A stretch of 64,000 bases of DNA from an uncultured Candidatus Saccharibacteria bacterium (GCA_964549935.1 CAZJVT010000001.1:219922-283921), one strand, 5' to 3'. Counted from the first letter of the stretch, positions 38,262-48,260 are shown. Translations and numbers: made by a program. Notes: generated by a model from the letters alone, not told the origin.

Positions 38262-38290
38262 TTGACCAGACGGTCAAAAAAGGATAATAT
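38262..38290 (+). promoter_or_regulatory. Sigma70-like promoter (TTGACC-N17-TAATAT)
   Basis: The -35 lies within the palindrome TTGACCAGACGGTCAA. Upstream of the 865-aa gene. Confidence 0.45.
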
Positions 38291-38339
38291 CAAGGGATAA
38301 CACCAGGCCTGAGGCCCGGTCCAATTAACCCTTATTAGT

Positions 38340-40937
38340 ATGCGTACAAACTTCAAGAAACTGATCGCGGTTTTAGTCATTAGTTTATTTGTAAGCGGGG
38401 TAGGGCAGGCTCCTGTTGCCAAGGCAACGACTTTGGCGGAGCTCCAGGCACAGCTCAACGCCTTGATCGCTCAGCTTGCGCAGATGCAGGCGGCGCAGAG
38501 CGGCAATCAAAACAGCCAGGGTAATTCCGGCAACAGTTACCGAGGCAACAGCAGCAACGGCTGCAGTTTCTCGCGTACTATTCGCATCGGTTCGATAGGT
38601 TCGGACGTGACTTGTTTGCAGGGAGTTTTAATTGAATCAGGATACTTAAAAGCGTCAGCGACGGGCTACTTTGGCGCACTCTCAAGTGCTGCCGTTCGTC
38701 AGTGGCAGGTGGAGCACGAGCTCGCTTCAACTGGTGTCTGGGGCAGTGCCGAGCGTACAGCGTATGCAGCTACTTTTGATAACGACACCAACGACGACAA
38801 CGACAATAATGGCAGTGGCTCAAACAGCAACTCCGGTAGCGGACAGATGTGTGCGCAGGTGATGCGTCAGTGCTGGAACGGTACCTATGTCGGTTACCGC
38901 CCGGGCACCTGCACCTACTACGACTGTCCGGCGTACGTCCCACCAACTACGACTCCAGCGCCGCCAAGCAGTTGGTCAGAAAGCGGTACTTTGCGCATCG
39001 CCTTGGATTCTACGAGCGTTCCAAGTTCCGTGGTACCGGGTTCTGTTGGCAATCAGGTTCTGCGTATCGTTGCAACTCCAATTTCGGGAAGCGCGCGCCT
39101 AACTGACCTGACGGTCACAGATACGATTAGCGGCGGATCCAATAATCTTTCTTCGTTCCAAAATTTCACGCTCTGGGGCGGAGTTGGCGATAGCCAGGTT
39201 GCTGGCCCTATTGCCATGACAATGAACGGCGTCAGTAATGGCACAATTAGTTTTAATCTGGCTGGGTCGGGATTACTACTGCTCGCTGGTAACAATTACA
39301 CGCTAACTATTAAAGCAGATGTTGCTACTACTAGCTCTGGTGCAGTTGCGGTTGGCTCATCGCATGTTTTCAGCGTAGCAAACTCCGGTCCAATCGCGTT
39401 TGCTACAAACGGCGTGACGAACGGTGGGCGCGACATAATCATTGGTTCAGTCGTTGGTAGCTCCATATATATCAGCAGCGGTACCAGTCAGAACGTAGCC
39501 CCGTCTGCAAGTATCAACGCAGCTTCGGGCTTCGCTAATCCAACGGTTGTCGCAGGGACAAACAATCAGCGTGTCGCGTCTTTCGTAATCACCGCTTCAA
39601 CTGCTCAAGCTATTCAAGTAGGTAGTTTGACCTTCTCTAAAACGGGTAGCGGGATTGCTCTCCAGAATCTTAAGGTGATGATTGGTGGTACCCAATTCGG
39701 GAATACGATTGCGACGGTTGGCGCAAATGTGAGCGCAGCAAGCTTCTCTAGCTACGCACCGATTTCAGTAAATGCGGGCGGTTCGCAGACCGTTGATGTG
39801 TATGCTGATGTGCTTTCGAGCGCAACTGCCGGTACCTACTATTCAGTTATTAGTTTGGTTAACTGGCAGGCAGGGGGAACAATCAGCGGTTCTGCGCTTG
39901 CTTTCCCCGGAACTGTCAGTGGTCAGAATGTTACGGTGACCGCCCAGACCGCCAGCGCACCGGGACACCTCACGCTCACGCTTGACTCGAGTACGCCGCC
40001 GGCCAAGTCGGTGGTCATGGGTTCAACTAACAACGAGGTTGCCCGCTTCCGATTCTACGCGGACAACAATGACGACTTGCGTATCACCGACCTCGTTATC
40101 AAAGATACGATTTCCGGTGGTGCGACAGGACTTGCCTCGTTCGAAAGTATGACGCTCTGGGATGGCAACACCCAGGTTGCCGGGCCGATTACGCCGACCA
40201 GCAACAGCGCAAGTTTGGCGACGATTAGCTTCTCTTTGAGCGGTAGCGGCGTCATCGTATCCCGCAACACTGCAAAGACGCTGACGCTCAAAGGGACTGT
40301 TTCGACCTTTACCTCGGGCGGTGCAGTTTCTAACTCCCAGCACGTGTTTTCGATTAATGCGAATAGTGATATTACCGTTCGCGGTGTAAATTATTCCGCC
40401 ACGCCCGTCACCGTTACCGGTGCTCCGGTTTCAGGTTACTCGATGAAGGTGCTTCGAACCTCGCAGGGAGTAACAGCTTCAGTGATTGGCTCAAGCAGCA
40501 GCCGCGTTCGCACCGCAGTGGACGATGTCGCTACGCTCAACATCACGGCTGACAGTGCCTACCAGGTTGCGCTTCAGGTGGTTAAGCTCTATATGACCGG
40601 TGGTGCGCTTGCGAATGTCTCCGGTGTTACCGTGGACTTAATCGACAGCAATACCAACACCCCGATTGGCAGCGCGACAGCGCAGACCTGCAACGCGGTT
40701 AATGCCGGCTGCACCCTGACCTTCAGCCCGAACTTTACGATTAGTGCCGGTACGACCAAGCAGATGAAGATCCGCATCAACTCCTCGTCGTTTACTAATA
40801 GCGGCGGCGCTGATGGGTTGCAGATACTGCTTAATACAACCGATGCTATCCAGATCGGCGACGGTACGGCGAACAATATCCCAGCCCTTGATTCAACGGC
40901 GGTTCCATTTATGGTCGCGCAGATTTCGTACGAATAA
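38340..40937 (+). CDS. Large secreted surface protein with a peptidoglycan-binding-like domain and T/S/G/A-rich Ig-like repeats (S-layer/adhesin-like)
   Basis: Signal peptide. Coiled-coil segment LAELQAQLNALIAQLAQMQAA. PGBD-like CLQGVLIESGYL..GYFGALSSAAVRQWQ. Long low-complexity beta-rich repeats. Confidence 0.55.
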   Translation: MRTNFKKLIAVLVISLFVSGVGQAPVAKATTLAELQAQLNALIAQLAQMQAAQSGNQNSQGNSGNSYRGNSSNGCSFSRTIRIGSIGSDVTCLQGVLIESGYLKASATGYFGALSSAAVRQWQVEHELASTGVWGSAERTAYAATFDNDTNDDNDNNGSGSNSNSGSGQMCAQVMRQCWNGTYVGYRPGTCTYYDCPAYVPPTTTPAPPSSWSESGTLRIALDSTSVPSSVVPGSVGNQVLRIVATPISGSARLTDLTVTDTISGGSNNLSSFQNFTLWGGVGDSQVAGPIAMTMNGVSNGTISFNLAGSGLLLLAGNNYTLTIKADVATTSSGAVAVGSSHVFSVANSGPIAFATNGVTNGGRDIIIGSVVGSSIYISSGTSQNVAPSASINAASGFANPTVVAGTNNQRVASFVITASTAQAIQVGSLTFSKTGSGIALQNLKVMIGGTQFGNTIATVGANVSAASFSSYAPISVNAGGSQTVDVYADVLSSATAGTYYSVISLVNWQAGGTISGSALAFPGTVSGQNVTVTAQTASAPGHLTLTLDSSTPPAKSVVMGSTNNEVARFRFYADNNDDLRITDLVIKDTISGGATGLASFESMTLWDGNTQVAGPITPTSNSASLATISFSLSGSGVIVSRNTAKTLTLKGTVSTFTSGGAVSNSQHVFSINANSDITVRGVNYSATPVTVTGAPVSGYSMKVLRTSQGVTASVIGSSSSRVRTAVDDVATLNITADSAYQVALQVVKLYMTGGALANVSGVTVDLIDSNTNTPIGSATAQTCNAVNAGCTLTFSPNFTISAGTTKQMKIRINSSSFTNSGGADGLQILLNTTDAIQIGDGTANNIPALDSTAVPFMVAQISYE

Positions 40938-40957
40938 GAGGGTAGCCAGCGAGATCC

Positions 40958-40994
40958 ACAAAAGCCGCCGCCGGGCGGCTTTTGGGTTTTTGGC
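40958..40994 (+). terminator. Terminator-repeat family copy 2 (first hairpin only)
   Basis: CAAAAGCCGCCGCCGGGCGGCTTTTGGGTTTTTGGC. Confidence 0.6.
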
Positions 40995-41034
40995 GCACTC
41001 CTGGTATAGTTTTAGTAATAACCTTTAAATTAAT

Positions 41035-41745
41035 ATGAGAAATTTAGGCGGCGGTGGTTTAGATGATATCAATCAGGCGGGATTACCGGGTGGTGAGGGC
41101 TCTGATCCAACCCTGGAGGTAAAAGTGCGAGAGATTCTTGAAAGTCTTGAGCATGAAGCCATCGGGAAAGGTTACTTCGCCCTTATTCCCAAGGCTGATC
41201 AGTCTTTTATTGATGGCATAAGTGCCGATCAAAAATCTTATTATCCGGATATGTCTGCCGAGGAGGTGCGCGAAATGATTTCACGTAACTGGCTTGGGCG
41301 AGCGCGTATTTTTGACGCTATCGCAACGGCTCGAGGATTTCGTGCGGTCCAGGAGCTCTCGGATGCTAATCCCGCAGAAGTGGCCGCCCTGACTCGTAGC
41401 GCATCGTATGTTTTTATGGATGAAAAAGTTTTCACTCCTTCGGGCGGCACACTAAATTATTTTAAGATTGCGGGACGCCATTCAAACATTGCTGATGGTA
41501 ATTCCAGCGGCGTGCAGGTTCGCGGGTCCATTGCTATCGGCAGGCGTTTGGAATTGAGTGGTGCTCCGATAAGTAGTACGACAAGTCTTCAGCAATTATT
41601 TATTCGCCACGTCGACAGAACAGGAGGTGGGAAAAGTATTCTTGATGTAAGCGCAGAGGTTCGCGATGGCACGCAGATGATCAATGAACAGACTCTTAGG
41701 AAGGTGTTAGATGCTGCGCGCAAAAATAAGGAATTGCCAGGATAA
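41035..41745 (+). CDS. Hypothetical protein
   Basis: 236 aa with no recognisable motif. Gly-rich N-terminus. Confidence 0.4.
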   Translation: MRNLGGGGLDDINQAGLPGGEGSDPTLEVKVREILESLEHEAIGKGYFALIPKADQSFIDGISADQKSYYPDMSAEEVREMISRNWLGRARIFDAIATARGFRAVQELSDANPAEVAALTRSASYVFMDEKVFTPSGGTLNYFKIAGRHSNIADGNSSGVQVRGSIAIGRRLELSGAPISSTTSLQQLFIRHVDRTGGGKSILDVSAEVRDGTQMINEQTLRKVLDAARKNKELPG

Positions 41746-41750
41746 CTTAA

Positions 41751-41824
41751 CAAAAGCCGCCGCAAGGCGGCTTTTGTGTTTTTAGCTCTCACGGCTCAAC
41801 GGTACGCCGTTGAGCCGTTGGGGA
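41751..41824 (+). terminator. Terminator-repeat family copy 3 (both hairpins)
   Basis: CAAAAGCCGCCGCAAGGCGGCTTTTGTGTTTTT then GGCTCAACGGTACGCCGTTGAGCC. Confidence 0.6.
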
Positions 41825-41842
41825 TTGGAAGGCCTATGCTTA

Positions 41843-41871
41843 TTGACTTTTTTGTACTTTAATTCTATAAT
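41843..41871 (+). promoter_or_regulatory. Sigma70 promoter (TTGACT-N17-TATAAT)
   Basis: Near-consensus hexamers upstream of the high-GC gene at 41939. Confidence 0.5.
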
Positions 41872-41938
41872 ATTCCGCATTGTCCGCGCAGTGCGGATGA
41901 CGGTTTCGGGCGTAACCCGGACCCCAAGGAGGGGAACG

Positions 41939-42547
41939 ATGAGGCTTTCAACTGATGTTCTGGTGCAGATCGTGCGCCCGCTGGTGGGGTCCAAGGACCT
42001 CGGCATGCGAGGAACCGCGATCGTGCTGGCGATGAACCCGGTGTTGGACGCGGCGCTCGACTTCTTCGGGACCCCGGCGCACAGCGGAGGTCCGGGCGAG
42101 CCGCAGCGCACGGGCTTCTATGTGAGCGTGGGAGATCAACGCAGCGGCGACGTGGTCCACACGGTTCGCTTCGGCGACATGATGGGGCCGGGCTACGACG
42201 GAGAGCGCCGACGCCGCTACGAGCGCAACGCTGCGAACAAGGTCCGGTTCGCCATCGATCGAGACGTCGAGACGAGCTGGGACATCCGGGACGACAAGGC
42301 AGATCCGCCGATCTATCCGGGTAGCGTCCGGATGATCGACTGGCACTTGGCGGTCTCGGGTCTTTCGAGCGGCCACAAGGACCAGGCGGTCGTGCTGGTG
42401 GGAGGAATGTACCTCCACGTCTGCGGGTTCTTCCTCGGTCGCGGCCCTGGAATCGGCCCGACCAAGGCCTTCGGCATCGCAGAACGGACCCAGGATCCAG
42501 AGTTCGAACCGTTCCTCGCGTTCGTCCGCTCGCGCGGGATCTTCTAG
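41939..42547 (+). CDS. High-GC hypothetical protein (202 aa)
   Basis: AAGGAGG SD 5 nt before the ATG. GC about 66%. The listed ORF starts upstream at 41810 across the promoter. Antisense ORFs 41865-42602 and 41948-42583 are judged spurious. Confidence 0.45.
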   Translation: MRLSTDVLVQIVRPLVGSKDLGMRGTAIVLAMNPVLDAALDFFGTPAHSGGPGEPQRTGFYVSVGDQRSGDVVHTVRFGDMMGPGYDGERRRRYERNAANKVRFAIDRDVETSWDIRDDKADPPIYPGSVRMIDWHLAVSGLSSGHKDQAVVLVGGMYLHVCGFFLGRGPGIGPTKAFGIAERTQDPEFEPFLAFVRSRGIF

Positions 42548-42650
42548 CGGGCACGGGCGCCTGACCGCCCAGTACATATCCAAGCCTTAAGGCGCGGTTC
42601 ATTCCGCGTGCAGCAACCCGGCCCCCGGGACGAAACGACTCGTCAGGGGG

Positions 42651-42782
42651 TCTTTCGTTTTTTGCCCTTGCTCATCCTTAAAGCACCGCGTCAGGCTTGC
42701 CCGTCTCTGGAGGGCGCTTTTATAATTGAGTAGCAAGGCGCACACCCGGCGCTTGCGAGAACGCAAGCGGTAAGGGTGTTTC
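42651..42782. repeat. Intergenic repeat family copy B
   Basis: Homologous to 22511-22637 (CCGCGTCAGG, GCTTTTATAATT, CACCCGGCG, GCAAGCGGTAAGGGTGTTTC). Confidence 0.45.
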
Positions 42783-42864
42783 CTTGATTTAATTCATTGA
42801 CAATTTTTTGCCGTGGGAGTTGAATGAGGTTGTTGACCCGTGGTGGGTCATGAAGGAGGAGCTC

Positions 42865-43299
42865 ATGGGCTTCTTGAGTAGGCTCAAGGATGCGGGTCTC
42901 GCGCTCGTCGTTGCGCTGATGTCCGTCTTCGTGTTCTGGGTCGTCGTCAGTCTCGTGAGGACGAACGTGCCGATGTCGTACTCAATGGGGATCGGCCTGC
43001 CGGCGGTCTGGCGCGGACTCGATCTGTTCATCGCGCCGATCTGGGTGCTTGCATCGAGCACCTACTACGACGTCGTTCAGCGCTTCGTCGATGACGCCAA
43101 GGCCCGCAACTTCTGGGTCGAGGGGTACATCTGGATCACGCTCGTCTCCGGAGTCGTCGCGCTCGTCTGGGGGCTGCTTCCCGGAGTCGTGATCCTGCTC
43201 GGAGTCGGGCTCGGCCTGACCCTGGTGCATGTCGTCTGGTTCCTGCTGATGTCGGGCTTCGCCCGACTGATGGAAAAGGGGATCCGCGGAATCTCGTAG
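42865..43299 (+). CDS. High-GC 4-TM membrane protein (hypothetical)
   Basis: AAGGAGG SD 5 nt before the ATG at 42865. GC about 62%. Confidence 0.45.
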   Translation: MGFLSRLKDAGLALVVALMSVFVFWVVVSLVRTNVPMSYSMGIGLPAVWRGLDLFIAPIWVLASSTYYDVVQRFVDDAKARNFWVEGYIWITLVSGVVALVWGLLPGVVILLGVGLGLTLVHVVWFLLMSGFARLMEKGIRGIS

Positions 43300-43371
43300 C
43301 GTGGGCCGCCGGCGATCATTGGGTCGCTTCGGCGGCCCTCTGATTTTGTAGAAAATAAGAAAGGGCTTGAC

Positions 43372-43493
43372 CCCCCCCACGCCAAGAGAGGAGTAAAGTA
43401 TTTTTTGTAAACATTTCTCTATTTGAGACCACCCAAATTATCTGCGCATTATTGCGTGCGGATCAGGAAAATACTCCTCTCTTGGTGTGGGGC
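43372..43493. repeat. MITE-like element with about 17-bp terminal inverted repeats CCCCACRCCAAGAGAGG, flanked by direct CTTGAC
   Basis: Left CCCCACGCCAAGAGAGG, right CCTCTCTTGGTGTGGGG. CTTGAC(C) occurs on both flanks. The TIR core is shared with 56745-56842. Confidence 0.45.
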
Positions 43494-43522
43494 TTGACCG
43501 AAAAACCGACCTCGTGTATACT
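43494..43522 (+). promoter_or_regulatory. Sigma70 promoter of the rplC...secY cluster (TTGACC-N17-TATACT)
   Basis: Good hexamers with 17-nt spacing, 128 nt upstream of rplC. Confidence 0.5.
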
Positions 43523-43649
43523 ATCCCAACGGTTAGGTATAGGTCTGCCGGACGCACAGTCCGCCATCGACCTGCAAAAACTAGTGATTCAGTCCTCAAG
43601 AGGAGCTGGCATTAGTCCAGCTTTTTTGTTTACCTAACTCAAACATTCT

Positions 43650-44084
43650 ATGACCCGCTTAGTTGGCACAAAAATGAAGATGACGAGCATGTATAAGGAC
43701 GGACGCCAGTGTGGCGTTACGCCAGTTAAGCTTTCCGAAAAAGCAGACCTCTCTCTCGTTAAGGTTGGAAGCCTCGTCATGGTTTCCGGTATTAGCAAGG
43801 GACACGGTTTTGCAGGAGGTGTGAAGCGTTGGAACTTCCGTGGAGGTCCGGCTACGCACGGTCAAAAGAACCGTCACCGCGCTCCAGGTTCAATTGGTAA
43901 CACGACACCGCAACGCGTTTTGCCTGGTCGTCACATGGCTGGTCACATGGGTATGGAGCGGATTACGAGCCGCAATATCGCTGTCATCGCTATCGACGAG
44001 GAGAAGCGCGTCGTGATGCTCAATGGTTCAGTTCCGGGTATTACCGGTATTAAGATGGAAATCCGAATCGCTGACGCGAAGTAA
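43650..44084 (+). CDS. rplC: 50S ribosomal protein L3 (shortened, 144 aa)
   Basis: GFAGGVKRWNFRGGPATHGQ..HRAPGSIG core. Lacks about 60 aa of the usual N-terminal half. Confidence 0.85.
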   Translation: MTRLVGTKMKMTSMYKDGRQCGVTPVKLSEKADLSLVKVGSLVMVSGISKGHGFAGGVKRWNFRGGPATHGQKNRHRAPGSIGNTTPQRVLPGRHMAGHMGMERITSRNIAVIAIDEEKRVVMLNGSVPGITGIKMEIRIADAK

Positions 44085-44094
44085 TTTTTGATAT

Positions 44095-44712
44095 ATGAAA
44101 GCACCGCTTTACAACATTGCCGGCAAAGAAGTTGGGAACATCGAAATCTCCGACGCTATCTTTGCTCACGAGTGGAACGCTGACTTGGTTCACCAGGCAG
44201 TTTTGGCACAGCAGGCTAACCTCCGTCGCCCATGGGCTCACGCCAAGGGTCGCGGTGAGGTTCGTGGTGGTGGCAAAAAGCCTTGGAAGCAAAAGGGTAC
44301 TGGCCGCGCTCGTCATGGTTCAACTCGCTCTCCGATTTGGAAGGGTGGAGGTGTCAGCCACGGACCGGTTAAGACTCGCGACTTCAGCCAGAAGTTGAAC
44401 AAGAAGATGTACCGCATTGCGCTACACGCTATTTTGAGCAAGAAGTTTGCCGATGGTCAGCTCGTCTTCGTTGATGCAATGGCCGGTACTAAGACTAAAG
44501 AGGTTGCCGCTAACTTGAAGAGCTTCCTGAAGGCCAAGCGCACGATTGCTTCAACCCTGCTCGTTCGTGATCAGAAAAACGCTACGATTCTCCGCGCCGC
44601 TCGCAACATTGCTAAAGTTTCTATCTTGACCGGCGAGAGCCTCAACGTCTACGAGCTTATGAAGGCTAAGCATATTTTAGTCGAGCAGGCTGCCGTAACT
44701 TCAATCAAGTAA
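44095..44712 (+). CDS. rplD: 50S ribosomal protein L4
   Basis: 205 aa with the L4 signature (RGGGKKPWKQKGTGRAR). Confidence 0.9.
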   Translation: MKAPLYNIAGKEVGNIEISDAIFAHEWNADLVHQAVLAQQANLRRPWAHAKGRGEVRGGGKKPWKQKGTGRARHGSTRSPIWKGGGVSHGPVKTRDFSQKLNKKMYRIALHAILSKKFADGQLVFVDAMAGTKTKEVAANLKSFLKAKRTIASTLLVRDQKNATILRAARNIAKVSILTGESLNVYELMKAKHILVEQAAVTSIK

Positions 44713-44716
44713 ACAT

Positions 44717-44998
44717 ATGGCTGATAAGACACTCATTCGACACCCGCACATCACCGAGAAGTCCTCGATGCTCGCCGAAAACGGCCAGTACGTGTTTGTG
44801 GTTGATGGAGCTGCTACCGCTCCGGAGGTTAAGAAGGCGATTGTCGCTACCTACAAAGTGAAGGTTGCCTCAGTCCACATGATCAACACCAAGAGCAAAG
44901 AGAAGCGCATGGGCCGCTCGATTGGTATCAAGCCGGGTTTCCGTAAGGCGATTGTTACTTTGAAAAAGGGCGAGAAGTTAGACATTCTCACTGCTTAA
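44717..44998 (+). CDS. rplW: 50S ribosomal protein L23
   Basis: 93 aa. KTLIRHPHITEKS..YVFVVD. Confidence 0.85.
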   Translation: MADKTLIRHPHITEKSSMLAENGQYVFVVDGAATAPEVKKAIVATYKVKVASVHMINTKSKEKRMGRSIGIKPGFRKAIVTLKKGEKLDILTA

Positions 44999-45002
44999 TT
45001 TT

Positions 45003-45839
45003 ATGAAGCTCTATAAACCAACAAGCGCCGGTATCCGTCAGCGCGCAATCGTCGAATACAAGAAGCTTCTTTCTGGTGAATCCGGACCGAAGAAGTCTTT
45101 GACGATGAAGCTTCAGGACAATGCTGGCCGTAACCACCGCGGTGTTATCACGACTCGTCACCAGGGTGGCGGTGTGAAGAAGGTCTACCGTATGGTTGAC
45201 TTCATGATGAACAAAACCAACGTTCCGGGCACGATCACCACGATTGAGTACGATCCGTACCGCAGTGCGTTTATCTCGCTCGTTGTCTACAAGGACGGTG
45301 ATCAGCGCTACGTTGTCACTCCGCAGAACGTGAAGGTTGGCGACGAAATCGTTACCGCTCCGAACGCTCCGGTTAAAGTTGGCAACCGCTTGCAGCTTAA
45401 GAACATCCCGATTGGTTACCAGGTTTTTGCTGTTGAGATGCGCCCAGGAGGTGGTGCGAAGATTGCCCGCTCAGCCGGAGGCTACGTCGAAGTACTTGGT
45501 ACCGACGCCGGTCTTACTGACTTGCGCATGGCTTCAAAAGAAGTCCGCCGCGTTCCTTCAGAGTGCTACGCTACTATCGGTGCCGCTTCAAACCCGGACT
45601 ACTCGCTCATCAACCTTTCTAAGGCTGGCCGCAGCCGCTGGCTCGGTATTCGTCCGACTGTCCGTGGTAGCGCTATGAACCCGGTTGACCACCCATACGG
45701 TGGTGGTGAAGGTGCGCAGCCGCGTGGTACTAAGCGTCCGAAGACTATGTGGGGTAAGGTTGTCGGAGGTCACAAGACTCGTAAGCCGAAGAAGTGGTCG
45801 ACCACTCGTATTTTGCAGCGCCGTCCTAAAGTTCGTTAA
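45003..45839 (+). CDS. rplB: 50S ribosomal protein L2
   Basis: 278 aa. [16 protein letters not shown] and [13 protein letters not shown]. Confidence 0.95.
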   Translation: MKLYKPTSAGIRQRAIVEYKKLLSGESGPKKSLTMKLQDNAGRNHRGVITTRHQGGGVKKVYRMVDFMMNKTNVPGTITTIEYDPYRSAFISLVVYKDGDQRYVVTPQNVKVGDEIVTAPNAPVKVGNRLQLKNIPIGYQVFAVEMRPGGGAKIARSAGGYVEVLGTDAGLTDLRMASKEVRRVPSECYATIGAASNPDYSLINLSKAGRSRWLGIRPTVRGSAMNPVDHPYGGGEGAQPRGTKRPKTMWGKVVGGHKTRKPKKWSTTRILQRRPKVR

Positions 45840-45847
45840 ACAAAAAT

Positions 45848-46195
45848 ATGTCACGCTCAAGTAAAAAAGGCCCATACGTTGATCCGAAGCTCCTCAAGAA
45901 GGTGAGTGTCTTAAAGCAGGGCGACCGCAAGGTTATCAAGACCTGGGCTCGCGCTTCGACTATCGCTCCGGAGTTTGTCGGCTTCACCTTTGGCGTGCAC
46001 AACGGCCGCAAGCACATTGAAGTTATCGTGAAAGAAGAGATGGTTGGTCACCGCTTGGGTGAGTTCGCTCCTACTCGTATGTTCGTTAAACACGGTGGTA
46101 AGCTCACGAAGCAGCTTGAGGCTGCAGCGTCAGCGACCGAAGCCGCTAAGAAAGCCGCCAGCCAGGCCGCACCGGCAGCTGGAGCTAAGAAATAA
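45848..46195 (+). CDS. rpsS: 30S ribosomal protein S19 (with an Ala/Lys-rich C-terminal tail)
   Basis: [26 protein letters not shown] core plus an extra tail of about 25 aa. Confidence 0.9.
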   Translation: MSRSSKKGPYVDPKLLKKVSVLKQGDRKVIKTWARASTIAPEFVGFTFGVHNGRKHIEVIVKEEMVGHRLGEFAPTRMFVKHGGKLTKQLEAAASATEAAKKAASQAAPAAGAKK

Positions 46196-46764
46196 TGCAT
46201 ATGGCACACGTTGAAAAAGTACAACTGAATTATCTGATGATTGCGCCGCGTAAGGTCCGGTTGATTGGCAACACCTTAAAGGGTATGCCGGTCGCTGAAG
46301 CCCAGGCTCAATTGATGCTCCGCCCGCAGCGCGTTGCTGAAGCGCTCTTGCGCCTCTTAAACAGCGCCGTTAGTAACGCCAAGCACAACAAGCAGATTGA
46401 TGCCAAGAACCTCCGCGTTGTCCGCGTGATGGTTGACCCGGCTCCGGTACTTAAGCGTTCATTGCCGCGTGCTCAGGGCCGTGCCACTTCGATTTTTAAG
46501 CGTATGAGCCACGTCACCCTCGTTATCGAAGAGTTCGTCAACAACAAGGCTATCCGTTTTGTTACTGGAGTTGCTAAGAAAGAAAAGAACGACAAGCCAA
46601 AGGCTAAGCCGACTCGTAACGCTACTAAAGAGGAGAAGAAGAAAGACATCGAGCACACCAAGCCGGAGAAGAAGCTTATCGATGAGAAGGAGAAGGACGC
46701 CGAGAGCCGCAAGTCAAACACGCGTGGTTCAGTGAAGCGCTTATTTAACCGTAAAGCCATCTAA
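46195..46764 (+). CDS. rplV: 50S ribosomal protein L22 (with a 75-aa K/E-rich C-terminal extension)
   Basis: L22 core through about aa 115, then KKEKNDKPKAKPT..EKKKDIEHTKPEKK. Confidence 0.9.
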   Translation: MHMAHVEKVQLNYLMIAPRKVRLIGNTLKGMPVAEAQAQLMLRPQRVAEALLRLLNSAVSNAKHNKQIDAKNLRVVRVMVDPAPVLKRSLPRAQGRATSIFKRMSHVTLVIEEFVNNKAIRFVTGVAKKEKNDKPKAKPTRNATKEEKKKDIEHTKPEKKLIDEKEKDAESRKSNTRGSVKRLFNRKAI

Positions 46765-46805
46765 AGGTTGAATCTTCTATTAATTTACTATAAAATCCAC
46801 ACACT

Positions 46806-47501
46806 ATGGGACAGAAGATTCGACCAGATTCATTCCGCCTCGGTATCACGCGCGATTGGAACGCCCGTTGGTACGCCGGCAAGTCATTCGCTGCTAAATT
46901 GCAGGAGGACGTTGTCATTCGCCGCGTCATCAATGAGAAGATCAAATTGGCCGGTATTGTCAGCATTACGATTGAGCGCAGTGCCAACAATGCTTACCGC
47001 GTTACCGTCAAAGCCGCAAAGCCGGGTCTCGTCATCGGTCGTGGTGGTACCGGTATCGAAGACTTGAGCAAGGCTATCAACTCCGAGCTCGCAGCTTTGG
47101 CCCGCAAGCGTGGCGCGAAGCACCCGAAGGTTCAGCTTTCGGTTACTATCGAAGAGTTGAAGCGCAGTGATATCTCTTCAATGTTCGTCGCACAGAGTTT
47201 GGCGTGGGAGCTTGAAAAGCGTATGCCGTTCCGCCGTGCTATGAAGAAGGCGATTGAATCAGCTCTCATGAACCGCGATGTTAAGGGTATCAAAGTAAAG
47301 ATGAGTGGCCGTTTGGACGGCAACGAAATCGCCCGCAACGAGTTCTTGGCGAAGGGGACTTTGCCGCTTACGACGCTCCGTGCCGATATTGATTACGGAA
47401 CCGCGACTGCTTTTTGTACCTACGGTGCAATCGGTATCAAGGTTTGGATTTACAAAGGCATGATTTTCAACAAGGCCGCCAAAAAGCCGGAAGCTAAATA
47501 A
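46806..47501 (+). CDS. rpsC: 30S ribosomal protein S3
   Basis: KH domain ([14 protein letters not shown]) and the S3 C-terminal domain. Confidence 0.92.
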   Translation: MGQKIRPDSFRLGITRDWNARWYAGKSFAAKLQEDVVIRRVINEKIKLAGIVSITIERSANNAYRVTVKAAKPGLVIGRGGTGIEDLSKAINSELAALARKRGAKHPKVQLSVTIEELKRSDISSMFVAQSLAWELEKRMPFRRAMKKAIESALMNRDVKGIKVKMSGRLDGNEIARNEFLAKGTLPLTTLRADIDYGTATAFCTYGAIGIKVWIYKGMIFNKAAKKPEAK

Positions 47502-47509
47502 ACACGAGT

Positions 47510-47929
47510 ATGTTAATTCCTAAAAAAGTAAAACATCGTAAGTGGATGAAGGGCCGCCGCAAGAACCGCAACATCGAGGTTCGTGGTGCCTCTCTCGCAT
47601 ACGGCTCATACGGCTTAAAGGCTATGTCCTCGGCGTGGATCAACTCCCGTCAGATTGAGGCCGCTCGTCGCACTATCACCAACTCGGTGAAGCGCGCCGG
47701 TAAAGTGTTTATTCGCATCTTCCCGGACAAGCCGATTACCGAGCGTCCGCCGGAGGTCACCATGGGTGGTGGTAAGGGTTCAGTTGATCACTACGTGTTT
47801 CCGGTTCGCCCAGGACGAATCATGTTCGAAATGGACGGTGTGACCGAAGCGCAGGCTCGTGCCGCTCTCCGTTTGGCCGGTTTCAAGTTGCCGGTTCGCA
47901 GTCGCTTTGTTAAGAAAGAAGACCAGTAA
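47510..47929 (+). CDS. rplP: 50S ribosomal protein L16
   Basis: 139 aa. [20 protein letters not shown]. Confidence 0.92.
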   Translation: MLIPKKVKHRKWMKGRRKNRNIEVRGASLAYGSYGLKAMSSAWINSRQIEAARRTITNSVKRAGKVFIRIFPDKPITERPPEVTMGGGKGSVDHYVFPVRPGRIMFEMDGVTEAQARAALRLAGFKLPVRSRFVKKEDQ

Positions 47930-48026
47930 TCACTAACATACGAACACGCTAAACATACGAACAAAGAATTCTAATCTTGCTATCCCATTAGTATGATTCG
48001 TGAGTTAGTATGTTCGTGAACACTCC

Positions 48027-48239
48027 ATGAAAAAGAACGATATCTCAAAATTGAAGAACCGCTCAGAGGCCGAACTCCGCAAGGAGGCGGTTGAGGCTAA
48101 GGAAAAGCTCTGGGAAATCCGCCGCGAAATCGCCGGTGGTAAAATCAAGAACGTCAAAGCCCGTAATGCCCTTAGAAAGGACGTCGCCCGCTTGCTGACG
48201 ATTGCCAATGAAAAGGCCTTGCAAACTAAAGCAAAATAG
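48027..48239 (+). CDS. rpmC: 50S ribosomal protein L29
   Basis: 70 aa helical protein with the L29 pattern (LRKEAVEAKEKLWEIRREIAGG). Confidence 0.8.
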   Translation: MKKNDISKLKNRSEAELRKEAVEAKEKLWEIRREIAGGKIKNVKARNALRKDVARLLTIANEKALQTKAK

Positions 48240-48260
48240 TATAAACTAGGTCACTCACGT

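Noticed and set aside
41865-42602. Long antisense ORFs (41865-42602 and 41948-42583, minus strand) and similar ones at 54075-54671, 54190-54477, 6487-6999 and 6552-6917
   Set aside because: Arg/Ser/Pro-rich translations typical of off-frame reading of high-GC DNA. They overlap SD-preceded, better-supported ORFs on the other strand.
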